64,000 nt of DNA from Macrostomum lignano. Taxonomy: Eukaryota. Position 1 is the stretch's first letter. The number at the start of each line of letters is the position of its first letter. Below, one piece after another: positions 41,201 to 52,572 of the stretch. The stretch spans positions 558,001 to 622,000 of the forward strand of contig NIVC01000042.1 of assembly GCA_002269645.1 (NCBI GenBank), in the 5' to 3' direction. Below the pieces are notes generated by a model. The model had not been told where the DNA came from. It did not search any database and worked only from the letters and a program-made list of their open reading frames with translations. A program made the translations under genes and the position numbers.

Positions 41201-42893
41201 TTGGACTGATCAAGTGTTGATGTTGGTCTCTTGGACTGATCAAGTGTTGATGTCGGTCTCTTGGACTGATCAAGTGTTGATGTCGGTCTCTTGGACTGAT
41301 CAAGTGTTGATGTCGGTCTCTTGGACTGATCAAGTGTTGATGTCGGTCTCTTGGACTGATCAAGTTTTGATGTCGGTCTCTTGGACTAATCGAGTGTTTA
41401 TGCGAACGTAAGTTCTGTGAACGTCTCTTGGACTGATCAAGTGTTGATTTCGGTCTCTTGGACTGATCAAGTGTTGATGTGAATCTCTTGGACTGATCAA
41501 GTGTTGATGTGGGTCTCTTGGACTGATCAAGTGTTGATGTCGGTCTCTTGGACTGGTCAAGTGTTGATGTCGGTCTCTTGGACTGATCAAGTGTTGATGT
41601 CGGTCTCTTGGACTGATCAAGTGTTGATGTGAATCTCTTGGACTGATCAAGTGTTGATGTGAATCTCTTGGACTGATCAAGTGTTGATGTGGGTCTCTTG
41701 GACTGACCAAGTGTTGATGTGGGTCTCTTGGACTGATCAAGTGTTGATGTGGGTCTCTTGGACTGACCAAGTGTTGATGTGGGTCTCTTGGACTGATCAA
41801 GTGTTGATGTGGGTCTCTTGGACTGATCAAGTGTTGATGTCGGTCTCTTGGACTGATCAAGTGTTGATGTGAATCTCTTGGACTGATCAAGTGTTGATGT
41901 CGGTCTCTTGGACTGATCAAGTGTTGATGTGGGTCTCTTGGACTGATCAAGTGTTGATGCGAATCTCTTGGACTGATCAAGTGTTGATGTGGGTCTCTTG
42001 GACTGATCAAGTGTTGATGTCGGTCTCTTGGACTGATCAAGTGTTGATGTGGGTCTCTTGGACTGATCAAGTGTTGATGTGGGTCTCTTGGACTGATCAA
42101 GTGTTGATTTCGGTCTCTTGGACTGATCAAGTGTTGATGTGGGTCTCTTGGACTGATCAAGTGTAGGTGTCAGCCTCTTGGATTGGTTAAATGTTAATGA
42201 CATTCTTGTTGATGACATGCTGCTCAGGATCAGAAGTTCTCTCATCGTGCCTCAGACGGATGACGACCCGAAAGTTGTCGTTTACAGCCACAACCACAAT
42301 GGGCGAGGTGCGAGGGTTTCCGCGGGATTTGCAGTGAGGTCATCTTTCGTGTTGTTATCTTCAAATAAGTAGCTGAAAAAAAGAATGGAGAGTTTTTGCA
42401 AGCCAAATTTCTCCCCACAAAAAATCAGCTTTGTTTTACGATTTCACATTTAAATCTATAAGGACTGTCGTTTCTGTTCACCGATATTAATGAACTGCTA
42501 ATTGAAAAACTATGGTGAATATCATAGGGGAAGTAATCACATACATAGAAAGGGCTGCACAGGCTGCTTTTTTACAATAAAATATCGATAAATGTTTAAT
42601 GTTTAATGTTTAAAAGAAACAAGCACAATTAGTAACTTGATGGAGAAACAGTAATTTACCTGCTCAGATTCTTCAAAAGTCTGTGTGCCTTCCAATTCAG
42701 AAATGTTAGCATCCAAAACAAAGAAGAAGCGATTAACAAACTGAAAATCTGCCCACTCTGAATTGCTTAGGCTAAGGAGTCGCTGTTTCTGTTTGGTAAC
42801 AATGGCCTCAATGTCAGGTAGCTGTTTGGAGAAGTCCTCCATAAAGGAGGGCAGAAAAAATGGCCTCTTGATCAAAGACAGTTGTTGGCACAT
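38237..42893 (-). CDS. Fic/Doc-domain protein 2 (putative AMPylase), about 325 aa; exons 42893-42660 and 38980-38237
   Basis: Motif HPFSDGNGRTAR and PGSYR flap in exon 2 (certain). Exon 1 is inferred from a phase-0 CAG|GTAAAT donor and CTACAG acceptor, giving ELEGTQTFEESEQ|ALC..RNLWDA, which resembles the Fic N-terminal EG..T..E..N..A pattern. Confidence 0.75.
39180..40030 (+). pseudogene. PIF/Harbinger transposase (DDE_Tnp_4-like) relic
   Basis: CGALDGT, FVDRKGEHSLN, WPGCVNDA, LLGNSIYP..WL.PP, NAAH..R..VERAIGHLK; contains stops and shifts; no TIRs seen. Confidence 0.85.
40585..42166. repeat. 30 bp minisatellite (GACTGATCAAGTGTTGATGTCGGTCTCTTG) with a recurring 47 bp variant monomer
   Basis: About 50 units; variant monomer marker AATCGAGTG at 40634, 40951 and 41388. 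Confidence 0.97.
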
Positions 42894-43489
42894 GTGTATC
42901 TGAAAAGAGAGCATTCAGACAACCTTATACCTTACAATGAAACAAAAAGAAAAAAGAAAATTTGTTCTAGAAAAAGCAAAAAAGGAAGTACACCTGTAAC
43001 AAATCTTCAACTATTTTAGTACAATTCTATTAAATTTTGAATTTTGAAGATTATCCTTAATTGCCCTGTGAACTTTTATAGCTATACTTTTTTCAGCAAG
43101 ACTACCACCACAATTTCCACCTGCTTCTCTCTTCCTTATAAGGCTAGATATATAAGGTTTTAAAATTGACCAAATTTTGCTACCATAAGTTTGCTCATTG
43201 TGAAATTATTGACTTACAACTTAACAACGATTTTTTAAAGTATTCTCTATTTTAATATAAAGTCTCAACTCTAACTGAATTAGGATAGAAACTATAAGCA
43301 TGGGAAGTTTGTCTGCTTTTTTCTAGTATTGAGCTATACTTAAATTGATTCTAAAGGATCTGCATTGCAATAACTAGCTACTGTGATTGGGTTGGTGGTA
43401 TTATCCTAGTACTTTTTAAAGAATTTAAACTTAGGGTCACGTAACTTTTTTACCTTAAGAGCCAGAATATAGTTCCTATTTATGGGCCA

Positions 43490-43700
43490 TGTGAGAAAAA
43501 AGAAAATAGAGAAAAAAAGAGATAAAAAATAATAAAATAAATAAATAAATAAATAATAAATAAAAGAAAAAGGAAAGTAAAGAATAAAAAATAGAAAGAA
43601 GAAACAAAAGAGGAACAAAGAAAAAAGAAAATAAACAAAAGAGAAAAAAGATAAATAAAAGAGCAAAGTAAAGAGAACAAAAGAAAAGAAATTGAATTTG
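43490..43700. repeat. A-rich low-complexity tract
   Basis: Mostly A with interspersed G/T. Confidence 0.85.
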
Positions 43701-43732
43701 CCAAAAATATAAGTCTATTTTGCCAAAATGTT

Positions 43733-44887
43733 GGCAATTTTCCTCTTTCATTTGTTAAATTAATTTTTCATTTGAACATGAATAGTACTAACTTAAAACG
43801 ACAAAAAATGATAACAGTATATTGTGGAAACCTTTGTAGCATTTAGAAAAGCATGAAATTGAAATTGCGCCAAGGTGTGTAAGAAAGTGAAGTAACAACT
43901 GTCTTTTAGCAACTGTCTGGTTAAAACTTTGGGGATATCACTAGAAAACTAGAAGGGGGGTACGAAGAAAATAATTTACAAGTCCTCTTAAGTTTTTAGT
44001 CAGCTACTGCTCAAAAACATACAATTATATCCAATGACATGGCTGGTCGCCCTGCAGCACCTACATTTATAGTACCCCCTAGGCAACTGTGTCCCACACT
44101 GGAGCTGTGCAACATTAATTTCACATGCACTAAGTGGTCCTGGTAGAGATATAGAGATAGACAAATCCTATTTCTTTCACCGAAAGTACCACCAAGGTGC
44201 CCACCAGCCTGGACAGTGGGTACTAGGCATGGTTGAACGTGGTGCCAGGAAGTGTGTGATGATTGCTATTCCTAATTGCACCACTGCAATGCTGCTACCT
44301 TTGATTCAACATCATGGTCTCCCTAATACACATGTGATTACTGATAGATGGCAAGTGTATGCCCAGCTCTAGAATCATGCTGTTGTCAACTACCAGCTCT
44401 TATTTGTCAATCCTCAAGACCCAACTGTGCACACAAACCTCATTGAGAGGACATGGGTGCACTAAAGGTGAAGTTCTGAGCTATGCATGGTACAAACCAG
44501 GCCTTCTTTGAGTCATATCTCGAGGAATTCATATGGCAAAAGATGTACCCACAGATCATTTTTGGCAACATACTCTTTTGGATTGTCTACTATTACCCCT
44601 TATAAATTTGATTGCCCACTATTACCCCTTATAAACCAAACTTTAAAGTTTTGACTTTTGAACTTCATCATGTTTTCTAGTGATATCCCACAGTTTTAAC
44701 CAGACAGTTGCTAAAAGACAATTGTTGCTTCACTTTCTTATACACCTTGGTGCAATTTCAATTTCATGCTTTTTTAAATGCTAGAAAGGTTTCCATGATA
44801 TACTATTATCATTTTTTATTGTTTTAAGTTAGTACTGTTTGTGTTCAAATGAAAAATTAATTTAACAAACGAAAAAGAAAAATTGCC
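43733..44887 (+). mobile_element. Merlin/IS1016-family (ISXO2-like) DNA transposon, defective
   Basis: About 220 bp TIRs starting GG / ending CC (43733-43950, 44670-44887); 8 bp TSD AAAATGTT/AAAATGTC. Internal GPG.DIEIDKS..RKY..G..WVLG.VER..TD.W..Y..L*..VN..FV.P..HTN.IE..W with stops (about 44136-44580). Confidence 0.9.
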
Positions 44888-45601
44888 AAAATGTCTTATA
44901 GAATATGTCTATGGCATAATTTCATGAAACATTGTAAAAACTAGCCTATGTTAACTATGAATGAATTTTATAATATAATAAAATACAGCCTGTTTAAAAA
45001 CTTTAAAACTAGAGTTATTCTTAAAAAAAATTATATAGACTATAGAGGCCTAAGGCATTCAAAAAATTAACCTTTACACAAAATTGTGAAATCCAATAGA
45101 CCCTTATATTTTTTCTAGGGCCTATATTTTTTATAGAGAACTTGCTAGTATTGTAGCTTAACCTAAATTAGAGGGTTTAAAAGTAGAGGCCTAAGCCTAG
45201 GCCCCTAGTCTAAAAATTACAAAGCATTAATATATATTCATTCAATATTCTAGTTAAGTCAGTGTTCCCACTCAGCAACCTTCATTTTTTGTACCAAGCT
45301 GTTCATTTTTGCACCATTATCACTCTACCTCTAAGGCTTTAATGCAGTGTGATGCCTATTGAGATATTTAAAAAACTCAAATACCTAATATCCAAGGACC
45401 TCAAACATAATTTATCTAATTTTGGATAAGATAAAGCACTACTTGGCAAAAGATAGGTAAAAAAATAGCTACAACAGCATGGGTATCAGACTAATTTCTT
45501 TAAATCAATACTGCAATTATAAAACATGATAGTTTCTTAAAAAAGAATCCAAAAGCACAGAAAGGGTTAAAATTTTGATGCAAATTCTCTATATTTTCAG
45601 A

Positions 45602-47278
45602 GGGAGTACGACATCTGCTAGCAGGAAATCTGCTAGCCGAAGTTTGCTAGCGAGAAATTTGCTTGCTGAAATCTGCTAGCCGAAGTTTGCTAGCCGAAAT
45701 GTGCTAGCCAAAATGTGCTAGCCGAAGTTTGCTAGCCAAAATGTGCTAGCCGAAATCTGCTAGCCGAAGTTTGCTAGCCAAAATGTGCTAGCCGAAATCT
45801 GCTAGCCGAAGTTTGCTAGCCGAAATGTGCTAGCCGAAATCTGCTAGCCGAAGTTTGCTAGCCGAAATCTGCTAGCCAAAATGTGCTAGCCAAAATCTGC
45901 TAGCCGAAGTTTGCCAGCCAAAATGTGCTAGCCGAAATGTGCTAGACGAAATCTGCTAGCCAAAGTTTGCTAGCCGAAATCCGCTAGCCGAAATCTGCTA
46001 GCCGAAATCTGCTAGCCGAAGTTTGCTAGCAGGAATTTTGCTAGCCGAAATCTGCTAGCAGGAATTTTGCTAGCTGCCTTGCTCTTGTAGCTGTTGCATG
46101 TTATTTGCTGTGTTTTGATTCCGATTTGAGCTGCTTTGATTTGTACAAATAAATATATAACTTATATACCATATACTGCCACTACCAGCCATTAAGACTG
46201 AAAGTTGTGTGTATAGATAAGTTTAAATTTAACTACCTGAACTACAGCTGCCTGAGCTACTTGAACTATGGCCTTACAGCTGATAATGCTAAAACATTAT
46301 CAAATGTCTACGAGTAAAAAAGAACAAAAAAGTATAAATGATTTTGACAATTTCCAAGTGCAGTTTTAGCATATACAACTTTAGCATACAGTAACACACA
46401 TGTTGGTATACAGTATCTATAGGCTATAGCTAGATACATGTATGTCCAAGGTACAATTTACTATAGCTATATGTATTGTTAATGTATAGATATTTTCCAT
46501 CGCTTACGGCACTGTGTCCAAGCAAAAACTCTATGCTGGTGTGGCCCACAAGCTCTTACCCTGTGATCATGGATATAATATATTTACTTTATTCAATAGT
46601 GTTAGCTCGGAGTCGATTATTGAATCACTTTCATTTGACAATCAAGCTACATGCTCTCGCAGCTTACTTTGCCTTCTTTTGTTCTTTTTTATTTATTCTT
46701 CAGCGCTGCCTTTGCTCATTACAACTCTATGGGTTTGGCCAAAGACAGCATACTGACGCACACACAAGCCGATACTAACAATATATTATATATTGCAATT
46801 TGAAGATCACTGCTAATAAGCACAATAAAGAGAGTCATTAGAGCAAAAAACGCAAATTTATTTGTCCTGCATGATAAGTCCTGCAAAGTTTCTTGCAAAA
46901 TTGGACAAGAAAAAATGTTTCTAGCAAATTACAACTTCGTAAATTGCTGTTCACCGGTTTTAGTTAGATTATCACTAGCAGATTTTGGCTAGCAAAATCC
47001 TCGCTAGCAAAATTCCTGCTAGCAAACTTCGGCTAGTAGATTTTGGCTAGCAGATTTTGGCTAGCAAACTTTGGCTAGCAGATTTCGGCTAGCACATTTC
47101 GGCTAGCAAACTTTGGCTAGCACATTTCGGCTAGCAAACTTTGGCTAGCACATTTCAGCTAGCAAACTTCGGCTAGCACATTTCGGCTAGCAAACTTCGG
47201 CTAGCAGATTTTGGCAAGCAAATTTCTTGCTAGCAAACTTTGGCTAGCAGATTTCCTGCTAGCAAATTTCATAGACCC
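45602..47278. mobile_element. Non-autonomous Mutator-like/foldback element whose TIRs are inverted arrays of a 14 bp GCTAGC motif
   Basis: GGG..CCC ends; perfect 9 bp TSD ATTTTCAGA (45593-45601 / 47279-47287); arms about 45612-46075 and 46975-47270 are reverse complements; an empty-site paralog lies at about 47416-47450. Confidence 0.9.
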
Positions 47279-50200
47279 ATTTTCAGATTCATGCCAAACC
47301 TTATTAATTGCGCATTTGTATCATATTGCCTCATTTTTGGGCATGGTGCAAATTTGCGCTAGAGTAGAAACATTGAGCTAAGTTGTTTAGTTTTTTTAGA
47401 GGAAGAATTTCTAAGATGCAAATTCTCTATATTTTCAGATTCGTGCCAAACCTTATTAATTGCGCATTTGCGCCATAGCCTATATTGCCTCATTTTTGGG
47501 CATGGTACAAATTTGCACTAGAGTAGAAACATTGATTCTTGAGCTAAGTTGTTTAGTTTTTTTATAGGAAAAATTTCTAAGTTCCCAACCCAAGGCTAAT
47601 ATTCTATAGCTTAGGCCTATAAATAAATTACTAATATAATAATAGGCCTAGGGCCCTAGGCCTAGGCCATAATCCCAAGTATGCACAATACATGCAATAA
47701 CTTTTTGCTTTGCACTAATTAGATCAAATTCACCAAGTGTGCACCACAGGGTATGATATTGGACTGCAGAAGGCAGCTACAGAGGCTCCATGTCTGATTC
47801 CATGAAAAAGTATTTAATGAAGTATTCCATTTTTTTAACAAGGCAAGGCAACAGATAAAACTTTAAACTTATAGGGGCCTAGGCCTAGCTATCCAAAGGC
47901 AGATTTTTAAATCACAAAGATTAGGCCTAAGGCCTATATTCACCAATGGCTATATATTAATAAAAGATTAGGCCTATAACATTTTTATTTAAATTTTAAA
48001 AAGAATTGACATAGGCCTAAACCAATTTAAAAAACAACTTTTTGCTTTTAAAATAATAATAATAGGCCTAGTATATACACTACACTATAGTATATTATTA
48101 GTAGGCCTATATGAATACAATAAGACGATAATTTTTTGACTTTACTTTTTTATAATTATTTTTTATCTGCAAGCAGATGAAAAGCCTCAGAATTCTAACA
48201 TATTTATTAAACTGTCAACATCCTTTTCTTAAAGAGAAACTTTCCAAAGAGCATATTCCAGCAATAGTTTACTTGAATTAACTACAGTCTTTACTTCATT
48301 AGGCTTATACAGTACATAAATATATGTTCAGAGAGTTGAGAATTATCGTTTTCTTAACGCACGTCTGACGTCCGTCGTCTTATACTCTGGCTTGATTATG
48401 TCAATCCAATTATTGGGTATGCGGTATGCGTCATAATTGAAGTAATGTAAAACTTCATTAATATTTTACCCGTAACTTTTAAACAAATTAACTGCATTTT
48501 TCAACTTTTGAATAAAACTAACGAATTTCTTATATTTTTTTCAATGTTGTTTGTTAAGGTTTTTAACTTACTGTACAAAGTCAAAAACTGTAATTCTACG
48601 AATCTGACGGTTTCTCTTGCAGCCCTATTGGAATAAGTTTTCAGACACTGTGGACAGTGCATCTAGTGCGCCATGGCAATCATAAAGTGGCCTGGACGGT
48701 GCGTCATGACAATCTTCAAATCCTAAGGTGGTATGGACGATGTGTCATTCAAATCTTCAAATCCTAGGGTGCCATAGCACTCTAGGTTTAGGTGATATTG
48801 TGCATGACTCCAGTCTCTATCATGTTCATTCTGATGATGCATCACTCGTTTTTGAGAGATTTAAAGAGATTGAGAGAAAGTTGTGTGTTTTACCGCACTT
48901 GTGTTTTACTGCACTCTGTTCTGTACTGTACTTCTGCCCCCTTCTGTTGTAGTTGTATCTATTTCTTAATTCTTAGTCTACTCGTCTTTTGACTTACAAA
49001 GTTACATTGTTGGTCTATTCAAAGAAAAATAAATAATGTAAATAGTGTGGCAATTGCATCAGTGAGTACTTAAAATAATTACGAACACTGAAACCCTTTA
49101 CTTCAATTTGGCTAATCGGTTAATACAAAATGAAGAAACTCCGTGATGAACAACACAGAGTTCACGAACAAACAAAATTGTCTTTGCCTTATCCACACAC
49201 TTTTTCAGTAGTAGTTGTAGCACTTTGGCTCGGGTCGGGTTATCAAATCTGATAACTATTTAGCATGGTGTTTCGAAGAATATTTTCACATTTAAATGTC
49301 AGCATAAATAAATGTACGCGCAACCAATCAAAAAGATAATTAAACAAAGCAGAAAATTTGTTGAGACTTTTAATAGAAATTAGTTTACTTTTCTATTTCT
49401 TGCAACTGCGTTATAAGAGAACATTAAGAGCAATTAGCATTTGGCACTATGTTATAATGTTTATGAGGCAATAAAGAACATTTCTGCTGCGATCTTTCAA
49501 CTACAATTTCCAATTTTACGATTAACTTGCATGCATATTCTAGATGACACAGCAATCAATACATATGATAGGAGATATGCTATACTATAGCCCATAGCAA
49601 TATTATCAAAGTTATAGAAATTAGAAAAACAAGTTTTACTTACAGTTTGCTGAATTTCCACCGTGCTGCTGACTTTCTCCTGTGCATGCTTCTCATCCTT
49701 GTCCAGCAGCGCTGTATGTAGCGCGTGATGTCCTCCTTGCATCTTACCTGTGAGCTGCTGTGCGTCATGGCGCATGGCGCGCGTAGCGCGCCATGCGCCA
49801 TGACTATGAGGAAAAAGAAAAAGTGCGCCGGACGCCGTCCGCGAAAATACCACTTATTCCAATAGGGTCTTGCAGTGCTCAAATTAGGTTAGGGCCTAGG
49901 GACTCTCAGTCCTGAGTCTCCAGCGAGATTTTTAAAGTTAAATTGTATATTTTTTATCTATTAGAAGTTATTGACATAAGCGTTTTGATATCTTATTAGT
50001 AAAATTTGGTAAAGTAATACAAAGTTATAGCCTTTTATAGTGTCTCGATTTTTTTGGTTCGTCCGGTAATGTATTTTTCATAGATAACGCTCTGTGATCA
50101 TTTTGCGCTAATAACCCATTTTTTAATATGAAAAGCTACAAACCGAATTTTTTACATAACAAAAACAGTTTCCCGTCCTTCTACTTAAGCCGTCCTCTGT

Positions 50201-50829
50201 CTGTAGGTTTATACGAAATGCAGATTTGAATAAAGAATTAGTAGAATGATGAAATAAAAAGGAAATATATTAGAAAAAAATAGTCTGGACTCCTTTTGTT
50301 GAGAAAAACTATAAATATAGGCCTATAATTGGTTTTTTGGCATGATGAGGGTACTATGCCATTGTTTTTATATAAAATGCTTATTAAAAAATTATAATGT
50401 GACTATCCTTTTGAATTGCAAAAATTATAGCCCACTTTGAATTGAAGTTTGAATTTTAACAAAATTTCTACTCTATTTTTTTTAATAAAGTTGTTTTATT
50501 CTTCCTCAATTAGAAAACAACTTAACTTTAACTATAAATTTAAAATGAGACATGTTGCCAAATTTGCCTATATTGTATTATTGCCAAATTTGCTTTTGCT
50601 AAATTTGTCCATAATGAATCTCTTTTGCCAAATTTGTTTGTTCCCAAATTTGTATGCATCCCTTTTAGATAGCATCAACCTTGGAATTGAGTGGCTGAAT
50701 TCTATTGATGGTCATAGTTGACCAAGGAAGGTCATTTCCTTTTGTATAAAGATGCACAACACAAGTACTAAGTTATCTTTAGTCTATGTTATTAAAATAG
50801 TCAGATGGTTTTCTTCTGTCTTAAGTTAT

Positions 50830-50973
50830 AATTAAATATTTACCAACAAAAATAGTAAAAGCAAGTCTAAAAAAGCTTCTTACCAAATTGACTACTAGTG
50901 TTACCAAAATGTCCCAAGTTGATATCAAAGTTGTTGTCATCAAAATGTCTTGTCATTGAATTGACCTGAGACT
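50830..50973 (-). mobile_element. Heavily transition-mutated solo terminus of the same MULE family as 51072-54070
   Basis: Reverse complement aligns colinearly with 51072-51215; all five CpGs of the first 80 bp are changed to TG or CA. Confidence 0.8.
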
Positions 50974-52311
50974 AATAAGAAGGTTGTCCACATAGGTGAT
51001 AACATAGTTAAGACCACAGAGGATAGTATCTAATTTCTGGGATGTCTGACCTTTGTTCTATAGGCTAAAAGGGTCCCAGGTCAATTCGGTGACAAGACAT
51101 TTCGGTGACAACAACTTCGGTGACAACTTGGGACGTTTCGGTGACACCAGTATAGTCAATTTGGTGACAAGCTTTTTAGACTTGATTTGAATATTTTTCG
51201 TTGTTAAATATTAAAATATGGCTGTCACTAAACTTATTAAAGTATGATGGTTTGTATGCTATCAATTATCATTTTGTTTGAGTGCGTTTCGAGGCATATT
51301 TTACTTATAAGCGCGCATTTAATTTTAGTAGTATAGTAGTAGTATAGTTCCCTAAATATCCGGCCTTGATTCTAGTACATTGTACACAGTCTAGTGTATA
51401 TGTCTAGTACATATGTAGTCTTTGGTGCAACACAGTCGTCATGCATGTCACTTCGGATTAAAGAGACGACCACAGGATTTAAGCAGCCGCCGAGTGCTTC
51501 GAGTAACTTGTTCATGTTCCGCCCAGTAGCGAAACAAACGAGACTGAACTGTGCGGTATCCTTGCCGCTGCTCTCGACGCAGTACGGCCCTCTGGACAGC
51601 AGGTGAGCCTGGAGTGGCACCAGGATAGCTTCCTTGTGGAGCAGTTGCAGCAATAGATAGAACTGGAGGTTGCGCCTCCCAGCTTTACGGTTTAGGCGAT
51701 AGTGCCAGCCCTCCAGGTCGTTGTTGGTCCTGATGGGCTTGACCAAACACGCAAATGTCATCCGCTTTCCAGTTGCTGCCTTTTTCCTGGTCGGAAGTCT
51801 TCACCGGCTCTGCGATTTAGGGTCGCACAGCATGGCATATGTCGATTGCGCTGAGTGCATCTGTAGTATTCGTGATCACCACGCCTACGGTGAAAACCAT
51901 AGCTGTATCCTTTTGAGGAAACAACAAGGACTGAACCTCTACTGCTTGCGTTTTGAAGTACCTCAAATGTCTCTGGACGATTGTGAGCAGCGATTGGTTG
52001 AGGGTCTGGATCTTCAATCGATGAATCAGCAGTAGCAGCAACTTGGATCTCAGCATTGCTCTCTACCTCATCACTTTCGCTACCACTGGCAGCAGCAACT
52101 TCGATTTCGGCATCGCTCTCTACCTCATCACCACCGGCAGCAGCAACTTCAACTTCAGCATCGCTCTCTACATGTACCTCCTGAGTAGTGCAGATCATGC
52201 AGCACCAAGAAAAAAAACTCTTCTTCATCAATTTCTTATACTGTGCAGCAGAAATGAACGATGCTCCTAAAATAAAAAGCAAAAACAATTTCAGCATTTT
52301 ATCATCTCTCC

Positions 52312-52572
52312 ACATACCCTCTCTCCTCTCTACCCCCTCTCCCCACCTTCTCTCCCCTACCCTCTTTTCCTCTTCACTCTATCCTCTACCTTCTCCCCCC
52401 TCTACCCTCTCTCCCCACCTTCTCTCCCCTACCCTCTTTTCCTCTTCACTCTATCCTCTACCTTCTCCCCCCTCTACCCTCTCTCCCCACCTTCTCTCCC
52501 CTACCCTCTTTTCCCTCTTCACTCTCTCCTCTACCTTCTCCCCCCTCTACCCTCTTTCTCCTCTTCCATTTT
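52312..52572. repeat. CT-rich tandem repeat, about 70 bp unit x3, inside the MULE
   Basis: Repeated CTCTCCCCACCTTCTCTCCCCTACCCTCTTTT blocks. Confidence 0.85.

Noticed and set aside
42170-42373. Strong acceptor near 42373 as a middle exon of Fic2
   Set aside because: The phase-0 frame stops after three codons and the other frames also stop; direct splicing to 38980 gives a better Fic-like protein
43406-43751. Phe/Leu-rich hydrophobic ORFs
   Set aside because: Reverse-strand translation of an A-rich low-complexity tract
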